A stretch of DNA of 64,000 bases from an uncultured bacterium (GTDB lineage: Bacteria > Cloacimonadota > Cloacimonadia > Cloacimonadales > TCS61). Where the stretch lies: NCBI GenBank assembly GCA_965370415.1, contig CBDUTJ010000002.1:40477-104476 (forward strand), given 5' to 3'. The notes below the pieces were generated by a model that searched no databases, was not told where the DNA came from, and saw only the letters and a list, made by a program, of their open reading frames with translations. Of the stretch, positions 35,802-45,424 are shown in pieces (the first letter of the stretch is position 1; each line of letters begins with the position of its first letter). The translations under genes and the position numbers were made by a program.

Positions 35802-36287
35802 ATGAAAAAAATAATACTATTACTAATTTTTCTAATGTTCTCTTCGATTATGTTAGCTCAGATCGAAGGAGTAACTTCCGCTTATAATCCGGCATCTATA
35901 TATCTTTATTCTGGTACTCTGGCTGGTACAGAGCAGTTGAAAATAAAGACTTATATCTGGGGTCAGGTAAAAAAACCAGGACTATATATTGTACCCGATA
36001 ATACAGATCTTCTTACACTTATATCTTCTGCCGGAGGACCTACAGAGAACGCCAAGCTTTCTAAAATAAGAATTATTCGAACAACAGAAGAGGGTGATAA
36101 GGTTATCTGGGTAAATATGAAAAAATATTTAGAAACAGGGGATCCCGAATTGATTCCAGTCTTAAAACCAGGTGATACCGTTGTTGTATCCGGTTCTACT
36201 TATTACGCTTTTACAAAAGCGGTGGACTGGTTAGCACAAATTGCTATTATTTTAAGTGTGTATGTAGCAATATCAAATATTAACTGA
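35802..36287 (+). CDS. Small polysaccharide-export (SLBB-domain, Wza-like) protein
   Basis: Signal peptide and GQVKKPGLYIVPDNTDLLTLISSAGG..LKPGDTVVV (SLBB-type). Confidence 0.65.
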   Translation: MKKIILLLIFLMFSSIMLAQIEGVTSAYNPASIYLYSGTLAGTEQLKIKTYIWGQVKKPGLYIVPDNTDLLTLISSAGGPTENAKLSKIRIIRTTEEGDKVIWVNMKKYLETGDPELIPVLKPGDTVVVSGSTYYAFTKAVDWLAQIAIILSVYVAISNIN

Positions 36288-36297
36288 TCGAGGAATT

Positions 36298-38580
36298 ATG
36301 CAGAGTCAATTTAATCAATTTAACGAAAATGTAGAAGAACAGGAAATTCAATTAAAAGATTATATAAACATAATAATTCGTTACAAATGGCTGGTTGCTT
36401 TTATCTTCCTGGCTGTATTCATAGCTTTCAGCATTTACACTGCAAAAGCATCCAGAATTTACAAAGCCACTTCAAAAGTACTTTTGGAAGACAGGATGGC
36501 AAGTGATCTTCTTTTTTCCTCATTCAGCAACAAAGCCTCATCAATAAATAACAATATTCAAATATTAACAAGTTATCCGGTAATGAAAATCGCTTATCAG
36601 ATACTGAGAAAGAAACCCAATTTTACTTCTCTACCTATCAGTAAAATTGAAAGTAATCCGGAGGGTTATCTAAAAGAAGGGTTGTCTATTGATACGGAAC
36701 GCGAAACCGATATATTGATCATCAATTTTGAATCTACCAGCCCCCTGGAAGCAAAAGAAGTAGCCAATGCAGCTGCTTACGCTCTTATCCAGCAAGATAC
36801 GGATTATGCTCGTATCGAGTTCAGGAATACTCGAGAATTCCTGGCAAATCAGTTGGAAGAAAATGATCGCCGGCTGCGTAATTCGGAAGAAGAATTGCGA
36901 ACATATAAGATCGAGCATGGTATTTCAATGCTCTCGGAAGAAACCCAGGAACTAATTAAACAATCTTCAGAGCTTTCTGCCATGCTTTCCGCAGCAGAAA
37001 CAGAACTGGAAGTAGCAAATAAGCACCTAAAATTCCTGCAAGGTGAACTCTGCGTTCAAGATACATTACTTTCCGATATTAATTTCGTTCTCTCTTCACC
37101 ACTTCTGGATCAATTGAAAAAAGAGATCGTAGAAAATCAAACACAATATGTGAATTTCCTTACCAGATCAGATTACTCTCCAGATCATCCTGAACTGAAA
37201 TCTTTGAATAAGTCCATTGAAAGCGCCAAAGTAAGATTGAATGAAGAGATACAGAAGATCATCTCGGTCAAGTCCGGTTCTTCAGATCCCCTGATCTATC
37301 GTTCCAATCTTATTGAACAAATTTCCACAGCTCAGATCGATCAGAATTTAAAAGAGTCAAAAGTGGTAAGTCTGCAAAAAGCTGTTGAAAATTATAACAG
37401 GAAAATGTCTATACTTCCTGATACAGAGGTTGAACTTGCCCGTTTGGAACGTAGTTATCTGATCAATGAAAAAATATACACTATGCTTATCGAAAAATTT
37501 GAAGATGCAAAGATCGCTGAAAGATCGAAAATAGGTAATGTTCGCATTGTAGAAGAAGCACGAGTACCTGTAAAACCCATTAAGCCAAATAAGAAAATGA
37601 ACCTGATGATCTCAATTGTTCTTGGTCTTGGATTAGGTATTGGAGCGGCATTATTGCTTCATTCTCTGGATTCTAAGATAAGAACTTTCGATGATGTGAA
37701 AAAGAACGTAGCCTTACCACTTCTTGGCACTATTCCATATATTCATATCTATGATTCCGATCTCGATCAAATCGAGAATATGATACGCAGAAGTAAAGAT
37801 AAAGAGAAGGAAGAATTACTTACATTAAAACATCACATGGAAACAAAACTGATTACGGATTATTCACCAAAATCATCTGCTGCTGAAGCTTTTAGAATAT
37901 TGAGAACTAACATAATAGCCAGGAAGAAAAACACCGATTCATTATCAATCCTGATAACAAGTTCCGGACCAAGAGAAGGTAAATCTACAATTCATGCCAA
38001 CCTTGCAACTGCTCTGGCTCAAATGGATGCAAAAGTCATTCTTGTGGATGTTGATCTCAGACGTCCTATGGTTCACACAATATTCGATTTCGAAAAGGAA
38101 AATGGCATCAGTGATTTCCTGATTGATAAATCCAGCAATATTGAAAATCTCATTAAAAAGACCCCTGTTCATAACCTTGATATAATTTCCAGTGGCTATA
38201 TACCACCAAATCCATCTGAACTTCTTGCTTCTCCCAGAATGGATGAATTGCTTGTACTGCTTAAAAAAAGCTATGATTATGTATTATTGGATTCACCACC
38301 TGTAATTGCTGTTACAGATTCCATGGTAATGGCAAGGAAAGTGGATCTGTTAACTCTGGTTGTGCGTATTAATAGCGCTGATAAAAATGTGATAAGAAGA
38401 GCAAAGGAACTATTGGATAATATTGATGTTAAAATAGCTGGAGCAATCATAAACGGAATTAATCCACATAAATACTATAGCAGTTACGAATATAATTACT
38501 ACTATTATTACTATTATGGAAAAGAAGAAGATAAAAAGGCTTCAGCGAAGTTCTTCCGCAAAAATAAACCTGTTTCTTGA
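36298..38580 (+). CDS. Polysaccharide co-polymerase / tyrosine autokinase (Wzc-like)
   Basis: Wzz-like N-terminus with two TM segments and coiled coils. Walker A SSGPREGKST and DSPPV are present, plus the C-terminal Tyr cluster YYSSYEYNYYYYYYYG. Confidence 0.85.
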   Translation: MQSQFNQFNENVEEQEIQLKDYINIIIRYKWLVAFIFLAVFIAFSIYTAKASRIYKATSKVLLEDRMASDLLFSSFSNKASSINNNIQILTSYPVMKIAYQILRKKPNFTSLPISKIESNPEGYLKEGLSIDTERETDILIINFESTSPLEAKEVANAAAYALIQQDTDYARIEFRNTREFLANQLEENDRRLRNSEEELRTYKIEHGISMLSEETQELIKQSSELSAMLSAAETELEVANKHLKFLQGELCVQDTLLSDINFVLSSPLLDQLKKEIVENQTQYVNFLTRSDYSPDHPELKSLNKSIESAKVRLNEEIQKIISVKSGSSDPLIYRSNLIEQISTAQIDQNLKESKVVSLQKAVENYNRKMSILPDTEVELARLERSYLINEKIYTMLIEKFEDAKIAERSKIGNVRIVEEARVPVKPIKPNKKMNLMISIVLGLGLGIGAALLLHSLDSKIRTFDDVKKNVALPLLGTIPYIHIYDSDLDQIENMIRRSKDKEKEELLTLKHHMETKLITDYSPKSSAAEAFRILRTNIIARKKNTDSLSILITSSGPREGKSTIHANLATALAQMDAKVILVDVDLRRPMVHTIFDFEKENGISDFLIDKSSNIENLIKKTPVHNLDIISSGYIPPNPSELLASPRMDELLVLLKKSYDYVLLDSPPVIAVTDSMVMARKVDLLTLVVRINSADKNVIRRAKELLDNIDVKIAGAIINGINPHKYYSSYEYNYYYYYYYGKEEDKKASAKFFRKNKPVS

Positions 38581-39367
38581 TGTTCTTGGAAGACGTGGTG
38601 ACGGTTACCATAATATAAGGACAATCTTCTCTGAAATAGAGCTTTACGACAATTTAAATTTTATTTTGACAAAAAATAGTCCCATTAGGATTTTGACAGG
38701 CACAGACTTTATAAGTATAGAAGAAAATATTATTTATAGAGTTGCGGTCTTTATAAAAGATAAATATAAAGTGGAAGATGGAGTAGATATAGAGCTTGAA
38801 AAGAACATACCAATTGCAGCTGGATTGGGAGGTGGTAGTAGTAATGCTGCTTTCACCATTTCAGCACTCTCGGAACTATGGAATTTGAATTTAAGTGATT
38901 CGGAAATGCACAACATTGCCAGAAATTTGGGAAGTGATATTAATTTTTTTCTAAAAGGTGGATGTGCTCTGGGTGAGGGACGAGGTGATAAGATAATCCC
39001 ACTCGAACAAATAAATATTGATAATATTTTTCTGGTTAATCCTGGCTTTAGAATTTCCAGCAAAGAAGCCTATCAAGCAGTGCATATTTCTAATGAAAAT
39101 ACACAATGGCAAAAATTGATATCAACTCATGATGCTTCCTACTGCTACAATAAACTCGAAGAAGGCATCTGCAGGAAATATCCTGAAATTAAATTCATAA
39201 TAGAACATTTAGAAAATAATGGAGCAAAGAAAGCAATGCTGTCGGGTAGCGGTGCAACTATCATTGGCTTCTGTCCCGATAAAAAGATAGCAGATAATTT
39301 TACAAAATACTATTCCAAAAAAAGATATTGGAATTGCATTACAAAAACAAAAAGGAGTACAAAATGA
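38516..39367 (+). CDS. ispE: 4-diphosphocytidyl-2-C-methyl-D-erythritol kinase
   Basis: AKINLFLDVLGRRGDGYHNI and the GHMP motif PIAAGLGGGSSNAA. The annotated ATG overlaps the Wzc-like gene by 65 nt, so the start is uncertain. Confidence 0.88.
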   Translation: MEKKKIKRLQRSSSAKINLFLDVLGRRGDGYHNIRTIFSEIELYDNLNFILTKNSPIRILTGTDFISIEENIIYRVAVFIKDKYKVEDGVDIELEKNIPIAAGLGGGSSNAAFTISALSELWNLNLSDSEMHNIARNLGSDINFFLKGGCALGEGRGDKIIPLEQINIDNIFLVNPGFRISSKEAYQAVHISNENTQWQKLISTHDASYCYNKLEEGICRKYPEIKFIIEHLENNGAKKAMLSGSGATIIGFCPDKKIADNFTKYYSKKRYWNCITKTKRSTK

Positions 39368-39798
39368 ACATTACTGATGTAAAAGTTTTCCTGAGAGAAA
39401 GCAACCAATTAAAGGCTTTTGTTAATATCGTCATTGATGACGCATTTATTATCAGAAACATCAAGGTTATCGAAGGTGAAAATGGTCTTTTCGTAGCCAT
39501 GCCAAGCCGTCGAGTTAGTTCTGGTGAATATCGCGATATCGCTCATCCTATTAACACAGAAACCAGGAACATGGTAGAGCGCATTATCATTGAAAAATAC
39601 AAAGAAGTTTTACAAGATGCTTTATCTGCAGCTGAACACACTGAAGAAGAAAAGCCAGAGAAAAAGTCAGAGAAAAAGCCAGAGGAAAAACTAGAGGAAA
39701 AACTAGAGGAAAAATTAGAAGAAAAATCAGAGGAAAAACCTGAAGAAAAACTTGAGGAAAAACCAGAAGAAGAGCTTGAGGAAAAACCAGCTGAATAA
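39364..39798 (+). CDS. spoVG: SpoVG family protein with acidic EEKxE-repeat C-terminal tail
   Basis: MNITDVKVFLRE..LKAFVNIVIDDAFIIRNIKVIEGENGLFVAMPSRR. ATG 39364 overlaps the ispE stop (ATGA) and is preferred over the track start at 39328. Confidence 0.9.
   Translation: MNITDVKVFLRESNQLKAFVNIVIDDAFIIRNIKVIEGENGLFVAMPSRRVSSGEYRDIAHPINTETRNMVERIIIEKYKEVLQDALSAAEHTEEEKPEKKSEKKPEEKLEEKLEEKLEEKSEEKPEEKLEEKPEEELEEKPAE
39643..39795 (+). repeat. 15-nt (5-aa EEKxE) tandem coding repeats in the SpoVG tail
   Basis: GAGGAAAAACTAGAG-type units are repeated about ten times with variation. Confidence 0.8.
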
Positions 39799-39805
39799 TT
39801 AATCT

Positions 39806-40753
39806 ATGTTTTCTAGGCTTAAAATATTTACAGGCAACGCTAACATAGAATTAGCGAATGAAGTAGCAAAATATGCCGGCATCCCCCTGGGAGATGCTGA
39901 CGTATTTAAGTTCTCCAACGATAATATTTTCGTTAAGATCAATGAAAATGTCCGCGGAGCCGACACATTTATCTTACAGCCTACTTGTTATCCTGTGAAC
40001 GATAACCTGATGGAGCTGTTGATTATGATAGATGCACTTAAAAGAGCATCTGCCCGAAATATAAATTGTGTTATTCCTTCATTCGGTTATGCCAGATCCG
40101 ATAAAAAAGATCAACCCAGAGTACCCATTACGGCAAAACTTGTAGCTGATTTGCTTACTACAGCTGGTGCTAGCCGGGTTATAGCAATGGATCTGCACTC
40201 AGATCAAATTCAGGGATTTTTCAATATTCCGGTGGACCATCTATATTCTACACCTATTTTTGTACGTTATCTCACAGCCAATCACGATCTGTCAGACGCT
40301 GTTGTGGTTTCACCCGATACCGGCGGAACCGCTAGAGCCAGAGCATTAGCAAAAAGATTGAATTGTTCTCTGGCGATCGGAGATAAACGCAGATTAGGGA
40401 ATGATGACAAAGCAGAGGTCTTAAATATCATAGGTGATGTGGAAAACAAAACTGCCATCCTATACGATGATATTATCGATACAGGAGGTAGTTTAGCCAA
40501 AATGTCCAAAGCCCTGATGGATCGCGGAGCAAAAAAAGTTTATGCTGCTTGTGCGCATGGTGTTCTTTCTGGAAATGCCATTAAAAACCTGGAAGAATCT
40601 CCCATCGAGAAATTGTACATTACGAATTCTATTCCACTTTCACCGGAAAAGAAAAAATGTAAAAAGATTATCCAACTATCAATAGCTGAAATGCTGGCTA
40701 TAGCTATAAAAAAGATTCATATCGAGGAATCTCTTAGTAACTTATTCAGATAA
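39806..40753 (+). CDS. prs: Ribose-phosphate pyrophosphokinase
   Basis: LKIFTGNANIELANEVA and the PRPP-binding loop AILYDDIIDTGGSL. Confidence 0.93.
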   Translation: MFSRLKIFTGNANIELANEVAKYAGIPLGDADVFKFSNDNIFVKINENVRGADTFILQPTCYPVNDNLMELLIMIDALKRASARNINCVIPSFGYARSDKKDQPRVPITAKLVADLLTTAGASRVIAMDLHSDQIQGFFNIPVDHLYSTPIFVRYLTANHDLSDAVVVSPDTGGTARARALAKRLNCSLAIGDKRRLGNDDKAEVLNIIGDVENKTAILYDDIIDTGGSLAKMSKALMDRGAKKVYAACAHGVLSGNAIKNLEESPIEKLYITNSIPLSPEKKKCKKIIQLSIAEMLAIAIKKIHIEESLSNLFR

Positions 40754-40791
40754 AATACTTACCCACATAGTGGGATTTCAACGGAGGAATA

Positions 40792-41460
40792 ATGAACGTA
40801 AAAGTCGAAGCGAAATTACGTGAAATAGGAAAAAAATCTGTCCTGAAAAATTACCGAAATAAAGATCTTATACCAGGAATTATCTATGGAGAAGGGAATG
40901 AAGGATTGAAAATACTCATTCCAAAAATTCAATTTCTTAAAGATTATAAAGGAACCATAGGAAAAGTTTCTTTCTTCAACATTCATGTTGATGGAAAGGA
41001 ATTCAATACATTCATAAAAGAAAAGCAGATCCATCCTGTAAGCAGGGAATTTGTGCATATCGATTTTATGGAATTTCATAAAGGAAAAAAAATCACCCTT
41101 CAAATTCCTTTCAGATACATTGGAGAAGCTAAAGGTACTCAAGAAGGTGGTCTGGTGGAAATTCTTCACAGAGAATTAGAAATTTCTTGCCTACCAAAAG
41201 ACATTCCCGAAGAAATCAGCATTGATGTTTCTGAACTTGAAATAGGTGATTCTATCCATTTTGCTGATATTACCATACCCGAAAATATCGAAACTAATAT
41301 GTCAGAAATTACTACTCTTGTAGCTGTTCGTGCACCTAGAAAAGAAGAAGTTATAGAAGTAGAGGAAGAAGAGATAGAAGGTGAAGAAGCTGCAGAAGAA
41401 GGTGAAGAAACAAAAGAAGAAGCTACTGAAGAATCTTCTGATCAAGCTCCTGAAAAATGA
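40792..41460 (+). CDS. rplY: 50S ribosomal protein L25 / general stress protein Ctc, with acidic tail
   Basis: LRNKDLIPGIIYG..FIKEKQIHPVSREFVHIDF. The Ctc-type long form, ending in an E-rich tail. Confidence 0.88.
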   Translation: MNVKVEAKLREIGKKSVLKNYRNKDLIPGIIYGEGNEGLKILIPKIQFLKDYKGTIGKVSFFNIHVDGKEFNTFIKEKQIHPVSREFVHIDFMEFHKGKKITLQIPFRYIGEAKGTQEGGLVEILHRELEISCLPKDIPEEISIDVSELEIGDSIHFADITIPENIETNMSEITTLVAVRAPRKEEVIEVEEEEIEGEEAAEEGEETKEEATEESSDQAPEK

Positions 41461-42041
41461 AATTAGTTGTAGGACTTGGTAATCCTGGAGTAGAATATAA
41501 GTTCAACAGACATAATGCTGGATTTTTACTTCTGGATAAATATACTGCAAAAAGAGATATCAAATTTAAAAAGAAAATTAAATATGATATCACAATTGCA
41601 GACGAGATAATTTTTATCAAGCCCAAAACTTATATGAATAGAAGTGGTAATGCTGTCACATCGATCATCACAAAACACCGTGTTGATAACATCATGGTGA
41701 TAGTAGATGATATTAATCTTCCACTGGGTGAAATTAGATTAAGAAAAGAGGGCGGTTACGGTGGTCACAACGGCTTGAAGTCCATCGGAGCTGCTTTGGG
41801 TACAGATAAATTTAATCGATTTCGCATTGGTGTTGGTGCTCCGGAAACAGGGGAACTCTCTGAATATGTTCTTTCCGATTTTTCTTCACAGGAAGAGGAA
41901 ATTCTGGATGTTGTATTTGAATTTTATGAGATATTGCTGGAAAATTATCTAAGTAATGATTTCGATAGTATGGTCGAAAAATATAGCAAACTTAAAATAT
42001 CCTATTCTGAGAAAATCAAAAATTCTCAGGATCAAAAATAG
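41457..42041 (+). CDS. pth: Peptidyl-tRNA hydrolase
   Basis: MKLVVGLGNPGVEYKFNRHNAGF and GGHNGLKS. The start overlaps the rplY stop. Confidence 0.93.
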   Translation: MKLVVGLGNPGVEYKFNRHNAGFLLLDKYTAKRDIKFKKKIKYDITIADEIIFIKPKTYMNRSGNAVTSIITKHRVDNIMVIVDDINLPLGEIRLRKEGGYGGHNGLKSIGAALGTDKFNRFRIGVGAPETGELSEYVLSDFSSQEEEILDVVFEFYEILLENYLSNDFDSMVEKYSKLKISYSEKIKNSQDQK

Positions 42042-42080
42042 CTGGTTTTACCGGCTGCATAAAAGACCAAAGGAGGAAAA

Positions 42081-42365
42081 ATGCTGAAAAAGTATGAAAG
42101 CATGATCATTATCGCGCCTACACTTACCGAAGAAGACTCTAAACAAGAACTTGAAAAGATCAATTCTTTTATTAAAAAGAATGGTGGCGAAGTACTCAAT
42201 ACCGATGATTTGGGAAAGAAGCGTCTTGCTTATAAGATTAATGATTTCAATGAAGGTTATTACTTCGTGAACTATTTCAATTTTGATACTACTAAAGTAT
42301 CCAAATTGGAAAGAATTTACAAACTTAATGAAAATGTCATACGCTACAATATTCAAACTAAATAG
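42081..42365 (+). CDS. rpsF: 30S ribosomal protein S6
   Basis: YESMIIIAPTLTEED..LGKKRLAYKIN, in the rpsF-ssb-rpsR order. Confidence 0.92.
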   Translation: MLKKYESMIIIAPTLTEEDSKQELEKINSFIKKNGGEVLNTDDLGKKRLAYKINDFNEGYYFVNYFNFDTTKVSKLERIYKLNENVIRYNIQTK

Positions 42366-42380
42366 AACAGGAGAGATATA

Positions 42381-42815
42381 ATGGCAAGTGAATTAAGATT
42401 TCCCAAGATCAATACAATTATTATTAGCGGCAGGCTTACTCGTGACGTAGATTTACGATATCTGCCAAATGGCACACCAGTAGCAAAATTGCCTATTGCC
42501 TTCGATAGAAGTTATCAAAAAGATGGTGAGTGGCAACAGGAAACCAGTTATATTGACATAGTTGTCTGGAGCAAGCGTGGTGAACAATGTGCAGAATATT
42601 TACATAAGGGTAGTCCTGTTCTTTTAGAAGGATATCTCAAAACACGTTCCTATGTAGACAATAATAATCAAAATCGAAAAATCACCGAGATCATTGCCCA
42701 GAGAATATCTTTCCTAGAAAAATCTGATCTCAGTACAGAAAAAATTGAAGAACCTTCAAACACCGAAACAAAAGCACCGGCAGCAAATGTAACAGATGAC
42801 GATGTTCCATTTTAA
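42381..42815 (+). CDS. ssb: Single-stranded DNA-binding protein
   Basis: OB-fold NTIIISGRLTRDVDLRY and C-terminal acidic tip DDDVPF. Confidence 0.92.
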   Translation: MASELRFPKINTIIISGRLTRDVDLRYLPNGTPVAKLPIAFDRSYQKDGEWQQETSYIDIVVWSKRGEQCAEYLHKGSPVLLEGYLKTRSYVDNNNQNRKITEIIAQRISFLEKSDLSTEKIEEPSNTETKAPAANVTDDDVPF

Positions 42816-42836
42816 AGAATTCATAGGAGAAAAATA

Positions 42837-43190
42837 ATGGAAGAAAAAATAGAAAAAAAAGAACAAGTTGAATCTAAACCAAGCCAGAAAACTGTTTCTC
42901 CAGATATCAAGAAACGTCCTTACAAACAATCTTCATCCAGACCGTCTAAACCAAGTTATGCAAGGAAAAATTTCTTTTATAAAAAGAAGGTTTGTTATTT
43001 CTGCAAGAACAAAGATGCTGTAATCGATTATAAAGATGTGTCTTTGATGAAAAGGTTCATTTCAGAAAGTGGCAAGATATCTCCCCGTAGATTCACAGGA
43101 ACTTGTGCTAAACACCAGAGAAAATTAGCAACAGAGATAAAAAAAGCACGTCAGATGGCTCTTATTCATTTTACAGATAAACATAAATAA
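42837..43190 (+). CDS. rpsR: 30S ribosomal protein S18 (with ~40-aa basic N-terminal extension)
   Basis: [53 protein letters not shown]. Confidence 0.9.
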   Translation: MEEKIEKKEQVESKPSQKTVSPDIKKRPYKQSSSRPSKPSYARKNFFYKKKVCYFCKNKDAVIDYKDVSLMKRFISESGKISPRRFTGTCAKHQRKLATEIKKARQMALIHFTDKHK

Positions 43191-43194
43191 TATA

Positions 43195-44064
43195 GTGTTC
43201 CTTACAGCAATTCTGGCGGCAATAATTGCTACCATATCTCCTTTTTGGGGATTGATCTTTATATTAGCATCTGGTGGAAAATACCAGGAAAGAAGATATA
43301 TTTTCTTCGCTGTTTTTTCCGGTATTGTTGTAATTCTCAGTATAATTTCCATCATTGATATCATCACGCTATCTGATCTTATTGTGGGCGTTGCTGTAAC
43401 TTCTTTTTTGTTTTTCTGGAGTTTGTTCAAATCATTTAATTACATTCGAAGCATGATAATAGCCTTTTTCTTTAGCATTGCCTATTCAGTTGTACGGCAA
43501 TTGATCTTCGGAAAAGCTTTTATTGAGAATGTGAATAAGGCAATCGAACAATATAAGGAATTTATTACTTCCGCTTTCCAGAATTCTGTGGAGCAAATGA
43601 ATTTAGCCTTGGAGATCACGGAAAACTTTAAAGAAATTTTTACAACATTTTATGCAGGTATCTGGGTTTTAACGGTTGTTCTGGCACTATATTTCGGTTC
43701 GCTACTTTTCTCCAGGAAAAACACTATGAAATGGAAACATAGAACAATTAGAATGCCATTTTATTTGATCTATTTTCTGATAGTCGGTTTGGTATTATTT
43801 CTTATGCCCGGAACAAAAAACATAGGTATAAATAGTTTATTGATGATATCACCATTATTCCTCATCCAGGGAATATCCATCCTGGACTATTATTGGGGAA
43901 ATTTCTTTAAAAAATCAAAATTTTTACTTTTTTTATTGATTCTTTCTATGGTGATAAATTATTTTATTTTAACTCTGGTAGCCCTTATGGGTTTACTGGA
44001 TATTTGGTTTAATTTTAGAAAAATTAACATAATGGAGGAGATGAATGAAAGTAATCTTAGCTAA
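43195..44064 (+). CDS. Multi-pass membrane protein (YybS/DUF2232-like by position and topology)
   Basis: Several hydrophobic segments. It lies between rpsR and rplI, as yybS does in other bacteria. GTG start. Confidence 0.6.
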   Translation: MFLTAILAAIIATISPFWGLIFILASGGKYQERRYIFFAVFSGIVVILSIISIIDIITLSDLIVGVAVTSFLFFWSLFKSFNYIRSMIIAFFFSIAYSVVRQLIFGKAFIENVNKAIEQYKEFITSAFQNSVEQMNLALEITENFKEIFTTFYAGIWVLTVVLALYFGSLLFSRKNTMKWKHRTIRMPFYLIYFLIVGLVLFLMPGTKNIGINSLLMISPLFLIQGISILDYYWGNFFKKSKFLLFLLILSMVINYFILTLVALMGLLDIWFNFRKINIMEEMNESNLS

Positions 44065-44503
44065 AGATATAAAGAAATTAGGTGAAGCAGGGAGTATTGT
44101 TAAAGTTGCCAATGGCTATGCTCGAAATTACCTGTTCCCGCAAAATATGGCCATTTCTGCTACTTCTAAAAATATCAATAAAATCGAAGATATCAAGAAG
44201 AAAGCAGAGGAAGAAAAACTGGCAATGCATAGTGAATATCTTGCTTTGGCTAACAAAATAACAAAAGTAAAACAGCTCACATTTTGCCGTAAAGCAGATG
44301 AAAACGACCATCTTTTCGGTTCTGTCTCCGAAAATGATATCATCAAAGCCCTGGCAGAAAAAGAAATTATTGTCCATAGAACTAACGTAATTATGGATAA
44401 GCATTTAAAAGAATTGGGAACGTTCGATGTTGAGATCGAATTTACTAGCGAGATCAAAGCGAATCTTAAGGTTAATGTGGAAAAGGAAACTAATTTAGAA
44501 TAA
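44045..44503 (+). CDS. rplI: 50S ribosomal protein L9
   Basis: MKVILAKDIKKLGEAGSIVKVANGYARNYLFPQ. Confidence 0.93.
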   Translation: MKVILAKDIKKLGEAGSIVKVANGYARNYLFPQNMAISATSKNINKIEDIKKKAEEEKLAMHSEYLALANKITKVKQLTFCRKADENDHLFGSVSENDIIKALAEKEIIVHRTNVIMDKHLKELGTFDVEIEFTSEIKANLKVNVEKETNLE

Positions 44504-44515
44504 AGGGAGGTACTC

Positions 44516-45064
44516 TTGAAAAAAATAATTAATATCCTCGGTTGGATAGTTCTCTTGTTGGCTTTTGCCGCTTTGGGACTTAATGCAGACAATAAGCTAT
44601 TTGGTTTTTTCTTATATCTTGTTATCTTTGCAATTATTTTCGGTCTTGTATATTGGTATATCAAGAAACATCATCGTAGAACGGAAATTGACCCCCAGAA
44701 GATGATTTTACTACATAAGATATTGGGGCTCATATTACTGCTGGTTGCAGTTTTTAGTCCGGCTATTGCCTTAGGTAAGATCCATCTTCCCTTCCTGCCG
44801 AATCTGTTAATTTTCATTGCTACTGCTGTGCTGATTGCCGCTGGAGTATTTGCAATTACTATGATCAATAGCGAGAAAACAAAGAAAATTCTTGGTTACA
44901 TTATTCTGGTTATTCTTTCTGCTGTTCCTGCACTTTTTGCCACCACTTACCTGGATCAGTATTTTCCAAATACGTATAATGCGTTGGGAACAGCATATTG
45001 GACAGTTGTATCTGTGGCTATTTTTTCTTGGTGGGGATTTTCTCTCTATTTTAAAAAAGAATAG
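44516..45064 (+). CDS. Hypothetical integral membrane protein
   Basis: About five hydrophobic helices. TTG start. No family recognised. Confidence 0.5.
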   Translation: MKKIINILGWIVLLLAFAALGLNADNKLFGFFLYLVIFAIIFGLVYWYIKKHHRRTEIDPQKMILLHKILGLILLLVAVFSPAIALGKIHLPFLPNLLIFIATAVLIAAGVFAITMINSEKTKKILGYIILVILSAVPALFATTYLDQYFPNTYNALGTAYWTVVSVAIFSWWGFSLYFKKE

Positions 45065-45097
45065 AATTATACCAGGTAAATAATAAGTTAATTTCCC

Positions 45098-45424
45098 ATG
45101 GATTTCATCCGAACCGGAAATGTTTTGCATAAACTTGTTCACACTATTGCTGGTGAAGAATATAAAGATTTTGTATCCATAGTTTTTGGCTGGAAAAGAA
45201 TAGTCGGTGAATTGCTGGCAGAAAGAGCAACAATTCACAAAATTGAAAAAAACGTGCTTTTTGTTTCCGTGTCGAACAACGTTTGGATGCAGGAGCTTGT
45301 CCTGAGAAAATTCCAGCTTATGTCGGACATACAATCAGTTCTTGGTATAGAATTAAAAGATATTGTATTCTTTTTAAAAGATGGCAATATTAAACGAAAA
45401 AAACGTAGGAAGAAAAATGATTAA
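45098..45424 (+). CDS. DUF721 / DciA-like protein
   Basis: The pattern FGWKRIVGELLAERATIHKIEKNVLFVSVSNNVWMQEL is typical of DUF721. Confidence 0.6.
   Translation: MDFIRTGNVLHKLVHTIAGEEYKDFVSIVFGWKRIVGELLAERATIHKIEKNVLFVSVSNNVWMQELVLRKFQLMSDIQSVLGIELKDIVFFLKDGNIKRKKRRKKND

Noticed and set aside
44128-45334. Antisense ORFs of 178 aa and 175 aa over rplI and the membrane and DUF721 genes
   Set aside because: They are shadow ORFs opposite well-supported genes, with no motifs.
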